A program made the position numbers and the translations under genes. Source: Eledone cirrhosa (Eukaryota). Taken from it: a stretch of DNA of 64,000 nucleotides. Of this stretch, positions 16,071-29,235 are shown piece by piece (the first letter of the stretch is position 1; every line of letters begins with the position of its first letter). Under the pieces are notes generated by a model. The model saw only the letters and a list, made by a program, of their open reading frames with translations. It had not been told where the DNA came from and searched no databases. The DNA is taken from assembly GCA_964016885.1 (NCBI GenBank), contig OZ024751.1, positions 20,398,001 through 20,462,000 of the forward strand, in the 5' to 3' direction.

Positions 16071-16672
16071 TGTGTGTATCTCTGTGCACGTGTGAACGCG
16101 TGTATTTTTGTGCATGTGTTTGTATATGTGAAAGTGTGGTGTGCGTCTGTATGTATGTAGATGTATGTGTGAACACGTGCATCTGTGTGCATGTGTGTGT
16201 GTGTGTGTATGTATATATGTATATGTGTAAATGTATGTTTCTCTTATGAGTGTGTGTGTATGCATGAACATGTATAAACCCATGTGAATGTGTTAATGTG
16301 TGCACAAATGCATGCGGATGTCTCTGTGTGCGCTTGTGTTCCTGTGCACAGTCATGCGCATGTATGTCTGTGTGTCTGTGTTTGTGTGTCTGTGTCTGTG
16401 TGTCTGAGTGTCTGAGTGCAATAGTAAAGCTTTGTAGATATATGTGCTTCTGCTTGTATCCAAGTACAGTGCATCAATGTGCACGTGTCTGCGTGTGGTG
16501 TGTCATGGTTGGTGTGCATGTGTGTGCATGTGTCGCAACAGCATTTGATACACACTTATACATACATACATACTTGCTTATATATATATATATGTATATA
16601 AGCAAGCATGTATGTATATATATATATGTATATATATGTATATATATGGATGTATGTATATGTGTCCCAAAA

Positions 16673-16725
<53 letters not shown>

Positions 16726-17075
16726 TGTATATACATTTTTGGGACACATATACATACATCCATATGCACACATATACACACATACATACACATACATCCA
16801 TATGAACACATATACATATACACATATATATACTCACAAATACATATACACACATATATACTCACAAATACATATACACACACATATATATATATATATA
16901 TATGTGTGTTTATATATATATAAAATATATATAAAACTGCAGAACAAATATTTGCTGTTTGAACAGATTAACGGTAAAAGCAAACAATGTTTGCCTTCTT
17001 CAGTTTTTTTCCGAAGATCCTAGATGAGGGTGGAAGTTAAGGTTGCTAGGTTAAACTATTAATCTTCTCAAATTC

Positions 17076-17110
<35 letters not shown>

Positions 17111-17236
17111 CGTGTGTTTATATATATATATATATAAATATATATATATAAGAGATATTCAATTTGTTGGAAATCCAACAAATGTAGATGTTTACAACTG
17201 ATTCAAAAGACTCGACAGATTTCTGGAGTAAGTATT

Positions 17237-17480
17237 CAATTGATATTAAATAAATGGAAACTATATTTATAAAACCATATTTATTCTATTATATATATTT
17301 CAAGGGCACCAAAAACTTTGGTACGCTATCATCAGATAAAATACAAAATATTTTATAAATATTTGACATGACCAAGAATGATATACCTTAACGGTTCAAA
17401 GTTTTTGGTACCCTTGAAATATATATAATAGAATAAATATGGTTTTATAAATATAGTTTCCATTTATTTAATATCAATTG
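17237..17480. repeat. 84-bp inverted repeat (one mismatch) with 76-bp spacer
   Basis: 17237-17320 is the reverse complement of 17397-17480. The left arm overlaps the HHR. Confidence 0.95.
17282..17343 (-). ncRNA. Type I minimal hammerhead ribozyme motif (PLE pLTR-like)
   Basis: Minus strand: TATTTTAT-CTGATGA-T-AGCGTACCAAA GT TTTTGGTGCCCTT-GAA-ATATATAT-A-ATAGAATA. 8-bp stem I (one G-U), intact core, palindromic stem III, UA cleavage site. Confidence 0.85.
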
Positions 17481-17605
17481 TATATATCATCATCATCATC
17501 GTTTAACGTCCATCTTCCACGCTTGCATAGGTTTGGACGGGGGTTTTCCCACTTGAGGCAAGATTGGTTGTCCTGCTCGTATGTATGTATGTATGTATGT
17601 ATGTA

Positions 17606-17757
17606 AAAGGTAAACAGAAATAACAACACAATCGGTACAGTATATGGAAGGAATATATTAGGTTAACGCTTGAAATAGCAGGAAGAGGGTTGTAACGTTT
17701 CGGACACTAATCCTTCATCAGAAGAAAGAATGAGAAATAAGATAGTTTGAAGGGATG
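17606..17757 (-). mobile_element. PLE-like fragment with HHR core (copy 1 of a ~150-bp family)
   Basis: Minus: TCTT-CTGATGA-A-GGA TTAGTG TCC-GAAACGTT. The 3' side of stem I is decayed. Alignable over ~150 bp to 32819-32972. Confidence 0.7.
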
Positions 17758-17889
17758 GGCAAGGCGGAATTGGAAAAAATGTCTTGAGATAAAAATAACA
17801 GGTCCATTCATGTTGACATCTCTTGGTATATGGCTGGAACAGGTAAAAGAGTAAAAGAGTAAATATATATATATATATATATACCATTC

Positions 17890-18001
17890 TGCTCTGAGGA
17901 TACAGTGGTCACAGCATTGGATATTTGAGTTCTGCAAATACTTGTAAATTTGCACATAGCATAACTAGGCTGTAGTACCACCGTGGAAACATTTGTAAGC
18001 A
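17890..18001 (+). ncRNA. Hammerhead ribozyme with ~85-nt extended stem II
   Basis: TGCT-CTGAGGA-T-ACAGTGGT(C)ACAGC...GCTGT(AGT)ACCACCGT-G-GAA-ACA TT TGT-A-AGCA, followed by AATAAA. Confidence 0.75.
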
Positions 18002-18524
18002 CACGGAATAAATTACCTTTTTATGATGTCTACTCGTTATTATTCATTCTTTATATATATATATATATTTATATATATATTTGATATTATGTGAGATAAA
18101 GTTTTTACCACAAAGATATAATAGTGAATATAGAGTAATGTAAATGTTAAAGGGTTAAACCGACCACATTCGGCCAGATTTCTCTCACCTCTTTCTGTTC
18201 AAACCGGCCGTAACTGGCCACTCATATTGATGTTAAGGTAGTATTCTCAAAATAAATAATATCAAAATCTTATTGATTCGATATTGATTCGATATTATGT
18301 GAGATAAAGCCTGTACCATGAAAATACAATAGTATATATAGAGTAATGTAAATGATAAAGGGTTAACTGGTCAATACATTAAGTCCACCACCCGAGCAGA
18401 CCACAGCAGGATTTGAACTCAGGATACAAAAAGCTGGATCAAATAGTGCAAGACAAAACATCTCATCTAATGCTGTAACAATTCATTCAGTCCACTATCC
18501 TGGGTATTAGGTACATTATTATAT

Positions 18525-18890
18525 CAACCTGCTGAAATGAGGTTCTTCTGAAGAGTCTTTGGAGTAACATTACTCAATAGAGTGCTTAGCTCAAAGATCA
18601 TTGAGTCACTCCCAGTAGAGCTGCCACTTCCTCAAATTGAGAGATCACAGCTCTAATATTAAGTATATGTGGTTAGAATGTCTCAAGAAAGAATCGCTGT
18701 ACAGATTTTATGGGCAAAACCAACTGGCAGGAGACCCAGAGGTAGACCCCAAGCAAGATGGTTTGATAACAACCATGAACTTGGTTGATCTTGCTTGGAG
18801 ATCCAACCAGATCAATTAGAGACAGTTGACCTACTGGAAGGAGTACTTGAGGACTCTGCCCCCAGAACCCTCCCAGGAATAAGTGGGCAA
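18525..18890 (+). mobile_element. Decayed RTE-clade LINE 3' fragment
   Basis: AEMRFF*RVFGVTLLNRV...IERSQL*, frameshift, then YVVRMSQERIAVQILWAKPTGRRPRGRPQARWFD. Homologous to 49587-49910. Confidence 0.85.
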
Positions 18891-19204
18891 AGAAACACCC
18901 TTTGAAAGGATGAACGAGATGGCAAAGTTGACTTGAAGCAAGATTTGAACTCACAACAGAAAAAACAAAAGGATGAATGACAAAGTTGACTGACAAAATT
19001 TGAACGCACAAAAGAAAGAACCAGAATTGCCACCTACATACAGAGATATGAACCATTGTGCATATACATAGATACACACACTTACACACAGTTTTAAGAT
19101 TTTCTGTTTGAAAGTTATTATATACCAAATCACACAAATCAAGGTCCTTCTTTAGCCATTTTGTGAGCATATATTTTACAAGTTTATACATATTACCCTA
19201 TACA

Positions 19205-19545
19205 CGCCCTATACTATCCTCAGTCATCCAGTGAGACGCCCCATACTATCCTATACTATCCTCAGTCATCTAGTGGGACGCCCCATACTATCCTATACTA
19301 TCCTCAGTCATCTAGTGGGACACCCCATACTATCCTATACTATCCTCAGTCATCTAGTGGGACGCCCCATACTATCCTATACTATCCTTGGTCATCCAGT
19401 GGGACGCCCCATAGTATCCTCAGTCACCCAGTGAGACACCCTAACCCTAACCCTATCCTATCCTCTCCTCAGTTGTCCTGTGGGACACCCCATACAACCT
19501 TATCCTATACTATTCTTGGTTGGCCAGAGTGGGACGCCCAATACA
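19205..19545. repeat. 42-bp minisatellite
   Basis: GTGGGACGCCCCATACTATCCTATACTATCCTCAGTCATCTA units start at 19231, 19273, 19315, 19357 and 19399. Confidence 0.95.
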
Positions 19546-19737
19546 TACTATCTGTCAATCCAGCACCCTAATTTACAAATTAACAATAAAAGTCTATGGG
19601 CCTGCAACATGTCCTGGAAAGCACAAAGATTGCATATTCTGAGACCCCAGAGAGGGTCCGGAAGGGAGCAAACCTAAGACAAATATTTAACTACTGAAAT
19701 CTAATATTATTATTTGTCATGTAATGACAAATTGGAG

Positions 19738-20190
19738 AGTGGATTGGCAGTATCAGTAGAGTGACACAATGTGTTGCGGCACAGAGTTCCAGCCCTTTAC
19801 ATTCTGAATTCAAATCCTGCTTTGAAAGGTTAACTTTGCCTTTCATCCTTACGTGGTCGATAAATAAAGCACCAGTGATGCCCTGGGGTCAATTTAATTG
19901 ACTTTCCCCTCCCCTTCAAATTGCTGGCCTTGTGCCTAAAGTAGAAATAATTATTACTATTATTATTCAGATTGGCAGTATCAGTAGAGTGTTGGACAAC
20001 ATGCTTTGCAGCATAGAGTAACGGCCCTTTAAGTTCTGAGATTAAATCCTGCTGAGGTTAGCTTTGGCTTTGATCCTTACAGGGTCAATAAAATAAACAC
20101 CAGTAATATGCTGGTGATTATTTAATTGACTCTCCCCTCCCCACAAAATTGTTGGCCTTGACCTTGTGCCTAAATCAGAAACCATTAATT
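19738..20190 (+). mobile_element. SINE family 1, two tandem older copies
   Basis: GATTGGCAGTATCAGTAGAG head and family core, twice. Confidence 0.8.
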
Positions 20191-20473
20191 GTCCTGTAAT
20201 ACTCTGTCTTTCTCTTGTCTTAGAGGAACTACAAAAACAGATCAATGAAAATAAGCACTAGGCTTGAACCTAAAGTAAAATAACAGGTGCTGGAATGATA
20301 GACTAAAATATATATATCTTGAAGCCAGTGCTCCATTATGGCCACAGTCAAAAGACTAAAACCAGCAAAAGAATTTTTAAAATATATTTTTTTTTTTCTT
20401 TATTATTACTTAAATGACCATTTAACACATTTGCACTAAAATAAATAACCAAAAAAATAAAATAAACAAACAA

Positions 20474-20575
<102 letters not shown>

Positions 20576-20830
20576 ATATACAAAATAAAATGGGTCAGTC
20601 TTGTTCCTCTAAATAGAAATGACTTCAATTATAGTTTATTAAATGAGTAATTAGAGTTTATTAAATGACTAATTATAGCTTATTAAAAATAGTAAAAAAA
20701 ATAGAAAATACTGAACTGAACTGACTTTCTTCAGATAAAATATATACAAGGAAAAATAATAGCTTTGTTTCTTTCTTCTTTTCAATGTGGCCCAGTCTGA
20801 ATTTTAGTTATATATTTCACATATTAGGAG

Positions 20831-20895
<65 letters not shown>

Positions 20896-21137
20896 TAAAG
20901 TAACATATGTTAATCAAACAGGAAAATGTGTATGAGTATGTGTAAATATATATATATATATATATAAATATGTATGTATGTGTGGTGTGTGTGTGTATGT
21001 ATATATGTGTGTGTGCGTGTAGATATATTTATATATACACGCGTGTATATAATTAGTACCACCTGATAAGCATTGCAGTGTATGTTATATATGAATTAAT
21101 GTATATATATATATAGTACAAGCTGATAAGCATTGCA

Positions 21138-21197
<60 letters not shown>

Positions 21198-21639
21198 TCA
21201 TCATTATTATTATCAACATCATCCTCAACATCATCATATGCCTATTTACCATTAGTACTTCACTAGAGTTACTGTCCTTCTAGAGGGTTCATGGACAGAT
21301 CTTGCTGACATTCCATCCCAGTTTCCGTTTTGGAAATGTTTCTACAGTTAGGTGCTCTTTCAATATATATATTAAATGTGTATATATATATATATATATA
21401 TTGAAATTAGGGAGCACACAGGACAAAGAAAATGGAAAAAACAATGGAAAGAAAGACAGTCCATCTCCTCAGTTAACCTCTGGAAATCACTATAGTTTCA
21501 GTAAATTTTAAAGTTGATACCATTCACTCCAGTGCACATTGGGATATACACTGTATGAACATAGCATGACCAAATAAGGTCCCAGGTTTGATCCAAACCT
21601 TGTGAATGAAACAGCACAGAGGACCGAGCCGACCTCATG

Positions 21640-21886
21640 GTTATGATGTTGGTGATGTTTAGGTGAAGAAGTGGCAAGAAATTCCAGTGGATGGAAACTT
21701 AGAGTGTAGGGGGAGACTAAGAACGACTTAAGCAGAGGTTGTGAAAACTCATCTCAAATTGCTGAAACTCACAGAACAGAGATGACAAAGGGCTCCAATG
21801 AGTGAAGGGACCCTGAGCTGGAAAAGTCCTTGTCCAACTCATGCGAACGTGAGAAAATCAGATAGGAATGGAAACAATGATGATGA
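21640..21886 (+). mobile_element. Highly decayed RTE-type LINE 3' end (second family) with (GAT)n tail
   Basis: VKKWQEIPVDG...RGRLRTT*AEVVKTHLKLLKLTE, then GTCCAACTCATGC...ATGATGATGA, which resembles the SINE tails in this window. Confidence 0.6.
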
Positions 21887-22959
21887 GGTTAATATAGAGG
21901 GTGAGCTGAAAAGTTTATAGGCTGACTATGAAAGAGTGATGCTAGAGCTGTGAAATCTTACATGCAATCAACTTTTCTTTTCAAAGGACTATGTTGAAAA
22001 ATAGACCTCATTTGGTCATTCCATGAAAGTATGTTGGTCAGTCTATGAACTTTTCAGTCGACCTGCATATATTCATTAATATTTTAATTTATTAGCGTAT
22101 TAAATAATTAAAAAAATTATATCTTATATTTATAATTAATCTTTTGAAAATGAGAGTATCTTGGTCAGGTTATGAACTTTTCAGCCGACCCCTCATATAT
22201 GTATATACACACATGTATATAAGAACTAAAATAAAATAAAAAAACTGATGAAAAACACAGCTGATGAAAGATCTTTTTAAAAACACACTAATAACCCTAA
22301 ACACCACCACCACCACCCCGTTCTAACATACCCACCCCGCCCCAACCCCATCCTAAAAGAAACCAGCTTAGCCAGTTTGAAGTGGTTGATGACACCTTTC
22401 TGATTACAAATGTCTCTCCTTCATAGTTTTGACATTAAAACTGAAAGCAATCAATAACAAAACAAACAAAAAACCTCTCTTGTTTATTTAATAATTCTTA
22501 TGTCGTAGTCCCCCCCCCCCCCCCCATATATGAGATCTAACTAGAAAGTCCTGACTGGAAGGAAAGGATTTGGGGTCCGGAGGGGGTGGGGGTAGAGGGA
22601 AGGGGATAATTGTAGGAGGGGGGTAGTGAGGGGAAATGGTTAAAAAGAGGAATGCTAGAGAGGGGGATGGTAGAGAGGGTGGTGAAGGGGAGATAGTAAA
22701 GATGGTTGTGGAGTGGATAGAGGGAAGGCGGGAGATGGTAGTGAGGGGGAATGGTGGTGGGGTACGGGAGGGGAGATGGAAGAAGGGAGAGAGGAGAGTA
22801 GAGGAGGTGAAGGGGGAGATAGATAGCTTAGGTCCAGTAAACCTTTAGAGGGCTTTTCTTATAACACCCTCACCCACCCCGGTGGGAGAAAGGGGCAACA
22901 TTTTTATACTGAGACTATAGAACTGCATGTGGACTCTGTTAATGTCAATCAAGGACCAG

Positions 22960-23900
22960 GTGTTGGTGGTGGGAATGGCGGGTGGTGGCAACAGGGGTTG
23001 TGGTTGTGGTGATGGTGGTGGGAATGGCGGGTGGTGGCAACAGGGGTTTGTGGTTGTGGTGATGGTGGTGGTGGTGGCAACAGGAGTTTGTGGTTATGGT
23101 GATGGTGGTGGTGGCAACAGGGGTTTGTGGTTGTGGTGATGGTGGTGGTGGTGGCAACAGGAGTTTGTGGTTATGGTGATGGTGGTGGTGGCAACAGGGG
23201 TTTGTGGTTGTGATGGGGATGGTGGTGGTGGCAACAGGGGTTGTGGTTGTGGTTATGGTGATGGTGGTGGTGGCAACAGGGGTTTGTGGTTGTGGTGATG
23301 GTGGTGGTGGTGGTGGTAACAGGGGTTTGTAGTTGTGGTGATGGGGATGGTGGTGGTAGCAACAGGGGTTGCAGTTGTGGTGATGGGGATGGTGGTGGTG
23401 GCAACAGGGGTTGTGGTTGTGGTGATGGTGGTGGTGGTGGCAACAGGAGTTTGTGGTTATGGTGATGGTGGTGGTGGCAACAGGGGTTTGTGGTTGTGAT
23501 GGGGATGGTGGTGGTGGCAACAGGGGTTGTGGTTGTGGTGATGGGGATGGTGGTGGTGGTAACAGGGGTTTGTAGTTGTGGTGATGGGGATGGTGGTGGT
23601 AGCAACAGGGGTTGCAGTTGTGGTGATGGGGATGGTGGTGGTGGCAACAGGGGTTGTGGTTGTGGTGATGGTGGTGGTGGTAGCAAAAGGGGGTTGTGGT
23701 GATGGTGGCTGTGGTGGCAGTGGTGGGGGTGACTGTGGTCTTTGTGGTTGTGGTGGTAGTAATTGTGGTGGTGGTGGTGGTGACTGCGGTGGTGGTGCAA
23801 TGATGGTGGTGACTGTGGTGGTTGTGGATGTGGTTGTGGTGGTTGTGGTGGTTGTGGTTGTGGTGGGGTGGTGGTTGTGGTGGGGTGGTGTTTGTGGTGG
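22960..23900. repeat. (GGT)n-derived minisatellite with GGCAACAGGGG anchor
   Basis: Anchor motif recurs every ~35-42 bp. Confidence 0.9.
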
Positions 23901-25052
23901 TGACAGTGTTAAATAAGGTAAGGAAGATTATGAGGGCTGACTGAAAGGTTCATAGGCCAACTATGAAGGATTCATGCTAGAGTTGTGAAATCTTACATAC
24001 ATTAATTTCAACTTTTCTTACCAATAACTGCATTGTTTCTTTCGAAGGACTACGTTGAAAAATAATCCCCCTTTGGTCATTCTATGAGAGTATCTTAGTC
24101 AGCCTATGAACTTTCAGCTGACCCTTGTACATATACCAACCCAAGAATGGAAAAAGAAAGAAAGCATCTCAAGGTATTTTTTCAAACAATCCACTACATT
24201 AGGAACAATAGCGGTTTCTGATTTAGGCAGAAGGCCAACAATTTGGTGGGAAGAGAGACTCGATTAAAGTTTGTTACTGCTACTTTATTTTATTGACCTT
24301 ATAAGGATGAAAGGCAAAGCTAACCCCAACAAGATTTGAACTGAAAATGTAAAGAGCTGTAACTATATGCCACAACTGCCAATCCACCACCCAATAATTA
24401 AAGCGCGTCTCCTCTATGGAGTGAAGAGGGCCCCTGAGTCCAGTAAGACAACCTCTCTAGTGCTGGTGGCACGAATAAAATCACCCAGTCCATGCTGTAA
24501 ATTGGAGCTGGTGTTAGGAAGGGCATCCAACAAGTATATTAATGCCAAAAATTATGAACACAACAAATAAGTATGATGATGATGATGATGATGATGTCTC
24601 CCTCCTCCTGGGAAATATCTTCTTTATTCTGTCCTCTGGGGCTGCAGGACAGTGAGTGCATGGACCCCCATTTGCTCATGATAGTGAGAGATTGGCGGAG
24701 AAGGAGGCAGTGACCTTGGGAGTTTGGTTCTTTTGTGTTCGGAGCTGGTGCATATATATATATTTCACAGGCACACACTCATGTATGTTCTTGTATGTAT
24801 GTATCTATTGTCAACATTATTACTTGGTATTTTATTGTATTGACCTTGGAATGATGAAAGGTGAAGTTGACCATGGCCTGATTTAACCCTTTAGCATTTA
24901 AACCGGCCATATCCAGACAGAATTCTCTCAACTCTTTCTGTTCAAACCAGCCATAACAACTGGCTGCTCATATTTATGTTAAAGTATTGTTCTCAAAATA
25001 GATAATATTAAAATCACATAGATTCAATATTATGTGAGATTATTATGTGACG

Positions 25053-25243
25053 GTGGTGGATTGGCAGCGTCGGTAGAGGGTCGGACGACATGCTTTGACG
25101 CATAGAGTTACGGCCTTTGCCATTCTGAGTTCAAATCCCGCCGAGGTTAACTTTGCCTTTCATCCTTACGGGGTCGATAAAATAAAGTACCAGTAATGCA
25201 CTGGGCAATTGATGGCCTTGTGCCAAACGTAGAAACAATTATT
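25053..25243 (+). mobile_element. Full-length SINE family 1 with 14-bp target-site duplication
   Basis: TSD ATTATTATGTGACG at 25039-25052 and 25238-25251. Inserted in a piggyBac-like MITE. Confidence 0.9.
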
Positions 25244-25399
25244 ATGTGACGTAAAGCCTTTACCATGAAAATATAATAGTAAATATAGAGTAATGTAAAT
25301 GCTAAATTGTAAAACTAAGAATGCCAAGAGTCATAACTAATGACTGCAAAGACGTTTGTCTGACGCTCTACTGATTCAGCCAATCTACTGCCTTAGGAA

Positions 25400-25991
25400 C
25401 AATAATTCTGTCTAACATTGGCACAAGGCCAGCAATTCGAAGGGATGATGAGGGAAGGTGGAAAGTCAACTAAATCAACATTAGTACTTGCCTGGAACTT
25501 TATTTTATTGACCTCGGAAAGTTGAAAGGAGTTAAGTTGACCTCAGTGGGATTTGAGTTCAGAACATAAAAGATCCATAATCAAATACTATTGAAACATT
25601 TTGTCTGGTGCTCTACCGATTCTGCCAATCTACTGCTTTAGGAACAATGGCAATAATAATAATAATAATAATTGTTTCTACTTTAGGCACAAGGCCAGTA
25701 ATTACCCAGTGCATTACTGGTACTTTATTTTATCGACCTCGTAAGGATGAAAGGCAAAGTCAACCTCGGCGGGATTTGAACTCAGATTGTAAATAATAAT
25801 AATAATTGTTTCTACTTTTGGCACAAGGCCAGCAATTATCCCAGTGTATTACTGGTACTTTATTTTATCGACCCCGTAAGGATGAAAGGCAAAGTTAACC
25901 TCGGCGGGATTTGAGCTCAGATCATAAAGAGCCATAACTCTATGCTGCAAAGCATGGCGTCCGACCCTCTACCGATACTGCCAAGCCACCG
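25400..25991 (-). mobile_element. SINE family 1 cluster (three copies, last full length)
   Basis: Reverse-complement core with (AAT)n tails. Confidence 0.85.
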
Positions 25992-26098
25992 ATAATAATA
26001 ATCATAATAATAATAATAATAATAATAATATTAATAGGAAAAGTAAAGCCAGAGTTAGGTCAGGAAGACATAAAAGACAATTAAAATCTATATAATGA

Positions 26099-26141
<43 letters not shown>

Positions 26142-26398
26142 CTTTTGTGTTTTGTGTATTAGTGAGTGTATGTGTTAACTGTGTGAGAATATGTGCACAT
26201 ATGTGTGTGTATTTGTGTATAGATGCATTTATGTGTGTATATCCGTCTCAATGTATATTTATGTGTATGTATGCACAATTGTCTGTGTGTGTATCTATGC
26301 ATGCGTTTCTTTTTGTCTTTCTCCATCTTAACACCACCAAGAAGTACAATATAGTTACTATAAGATATATACATATAGACATATACATATATATATAT

Positions 26399-26718
26399 GG
26401 AGGCACATGGCTTAGTGGTTAGAGCATTGGCCTTGCAATCGAAAGGTTGTGAGTTCAATTCTCAGACCGGGTGATGTGTTGTTTCCTTGAGCAAGACACT
26501 TTATTTCACATTGCTCCAGTTTACTCAGCTGTAGAAATGAGATGACAGGGACTGGGGTCCCTATCATTCCACTGCAAAGTGGTTGTAGAGGTGCCACGGA
26601 AAAAAAAAACACCCAGCACTCACTGTAGGAAGGGCATCCAGCTTTAGAAAACAAGCCAGAATCAGTTCCCGTCCCACCCTTGCAAGCAGGGAAAAGTGGA
26701 CATAAAATGAAATGATGA
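26399..26718 (+). mobile_element. tRNA-headed CORE-like SINE family 2 with RTE-type tail
   Basis: TGGCTTAGTGGTTAGAG A-box, GAGTTCAATTC B-box, CCTTGAGCAAGACACTTTATTTC central domain, GGAAAAGTGGACATAAAATGAAATGATGA tail. Other heads at 28330-28505, 50190-50300 and 34060-34218 (-). Confidence 0.8.
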
Positions 26719-27059
26719 TATATATATATATATATATATTGATATATATATTGATATATACATACATATATATTGATACATACATACATATATATTGATA
26801 CATACATATATATATATATACATATATTGATATATATATACATATACATATATATATATACATATATTGATATATATATATACATATATATACATATACA
26901 TATATATATATACATATATTGATATATATATACATATACATATATACATATATTGATATATATATACATATACATATATATATATACATATATTGATATA
27001 TATATACATATATTGATATATATATACATATATTGATATATATATACATATATTGATAT

Positions 27060-27130
<71 letters not shown>

Positions 27131-27678
27131 TTGATATATATATACATATATTGATATATATATATATATATATACATATATTGATATATATACATATACA
27201 TATATTGATATATACATACATATATGTGTATATATATATTGATATATACATATATATATATATGTATATATATATGTATGTATATATATATATATATATT
27301 GATATATACATAAATATATATATATATGTGTATATATATGTATGTATATATATATATTGTTACATACATATATATATATATATGTATGTGTGTATATATA
27401 TATATATTGATATATACATATATATGTAGGCAACACGGTAAAAACCTCCCAGCCCGACACTGTAAATGTGGTTGGTGTTAGGAAGGGCATCCAGCTGTAG
27501 AAAACCCGCCAGACAGTCCTATGTGAGCAAGACAACCATTCTTGCCTCGAGTGGGAAAACTCCCGTCCAAACCCATGCAAGCGTGGAACACGGACGTTAA
27601 ACGATGATGATGATGATGATGATGATATTGATATATACATACATACATATATATATATTGATACATACATACATACAT

Positions 27679-27725
<47 letters not shown>

Positions 27726-27855
27726 GCAGCAAAGGGATATGATATATGATTTGAACACAGCCACACGTGTGTGCGCGCGCGCGTGTGCATGTGCGTGTGT
27801 GTGTGTGCACGGGTGTGTGTGTCTTTGTGAGTTTTTAACTCAACATTTTAATTTG

Positions 27856-27907
<52 letters not shown>

Positions 27908-28559
27908 TATTTATTGCTCTCTTAAGTAGCAAACGACAACCAGGTAAGTGGTCGATGTTTTCCACCACATAGCAATAGCATTGCTTCCTCATTTGTTTTG
28001 TTTAGGTTTTGTTTTTTGGTGTCAGTACAGTTTATGATCACCTGATAAAGTTAATGACATCACACACACTATTCTTTATCAATTACCACCATTATAATTA
28101 ACACACATACACACAAAGACACAGAGACACACACACACATATAATTAACGCAGAGATTGTCAACAAGCCAAAGATAGGAAGGATCCTCTAGTGTGGTCTG
28201 GTCGTTTGACCCGCTCACCAGAAATGGTTTCTGATTTAGGGCACAAGGCCAACAATTTTCAGGGTGTGCGGTGGAGGGGAAAGTCAATTACCCTATATAC
28301 TTGAATATTAGCAAAAGAATATAAGGAAAGGTGCATGGCTTAGTGGTTAGAGTGTTGGGCTTGCACTTATGAGGTTGTGAGTTTGATTCTTAAACCAGGT
28401 GATGTGTTGTGTCCTTGAGCAAGACACTTTTTTTCACGTTGCTCCTGTTTACTCAGCTGTAGAAGTGAGTTGCTACATCACTGGTGCCAAGCTGTATCAG
28501 CCTTTGCTATGGTTCCCCAGCAGGTTCTGTGTTGTAACTAGTAACATTATCTTTTAGAG

Positions 28560-28806
28560 CAGGCATTCCAAACATGTGGCCCTTTTCAAGCACACCCGCA
28601 GTCTGCACAAAGGTTTTTTACAGCGCGAGCGTGTTTTATCTTCATAAAAGTTGTAATGTGCGCAATTAGTTGTCATGCGTGGTCCTCAGACAACACATAT
28701 GTGACCCATGTGGTCCTCAGACAACACATATGTCACCCATGTGGTCCTCAGACAACACATATGTCACCCATGTGGCCCTCGGCATACCCTCTCTTTGACA
28801 TGCCTA
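28560..28806. mobile_element. hAT-type MITE with internal 31-bp tandem x3
   Basis: TIRs CAGGCATTCCAAA / TTTGACATGCCTA and 8-bp TSD TTTTAGAG / TTTTAGAA. Confidence 0.75.
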
Positions 28807-29235
28807 TTTTAGAACCCATTTTCCTTGTTAGCAAATGCTGGATGTGTCTTCACTGACAGGTCATTAATCGGACAGGGTCTCTGAACTCAAGGGTGACCAG
28901 AGTCTCAACATACAATCCCATTTTCTACAAAGTGCAAATTATTGATTATTTTCAAAATTATTTGAAAATTTCAGACAGAGTGAGAAATATAGTAATGAAA
29001 GGTTGAATGGTTTTACAACAAACTGCATGATGTGTGTTGGGTTCTTGAGCAAAACACTTCATTTCACATTGCTTCAGTACAATCAGCTGAAGATGAGTAC
29101 TAGCAGCAATAGCCGAGGGTTTAATCCTGCAATGGGCTGGTGTCCTGTCCAGGGGAGGTCATGTACTCTCAGTGGCTTAACACGACAGAAACTGGGATAA
29201 GCACCAGCAGCCTTATGAGCATCCTGGTTCAAGAA

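Noticed and set aside
16975-17005. CTGAAGA plus hairpin on the minus strand (similar partial motifs at 33869, 48669 and 53271)
   Set aside because: The other half of the catalytic core or the stems is missing.
19439-19456. Telomeric (CCCTAA)n
   Set aside because: Only about two units, inside a decayed minisatellite.
26399-26470. tRNA gene
   Set aside because: The A and B boxes belong to a SINE head. No convincing cloverleaf, and it runs into the SINE body.
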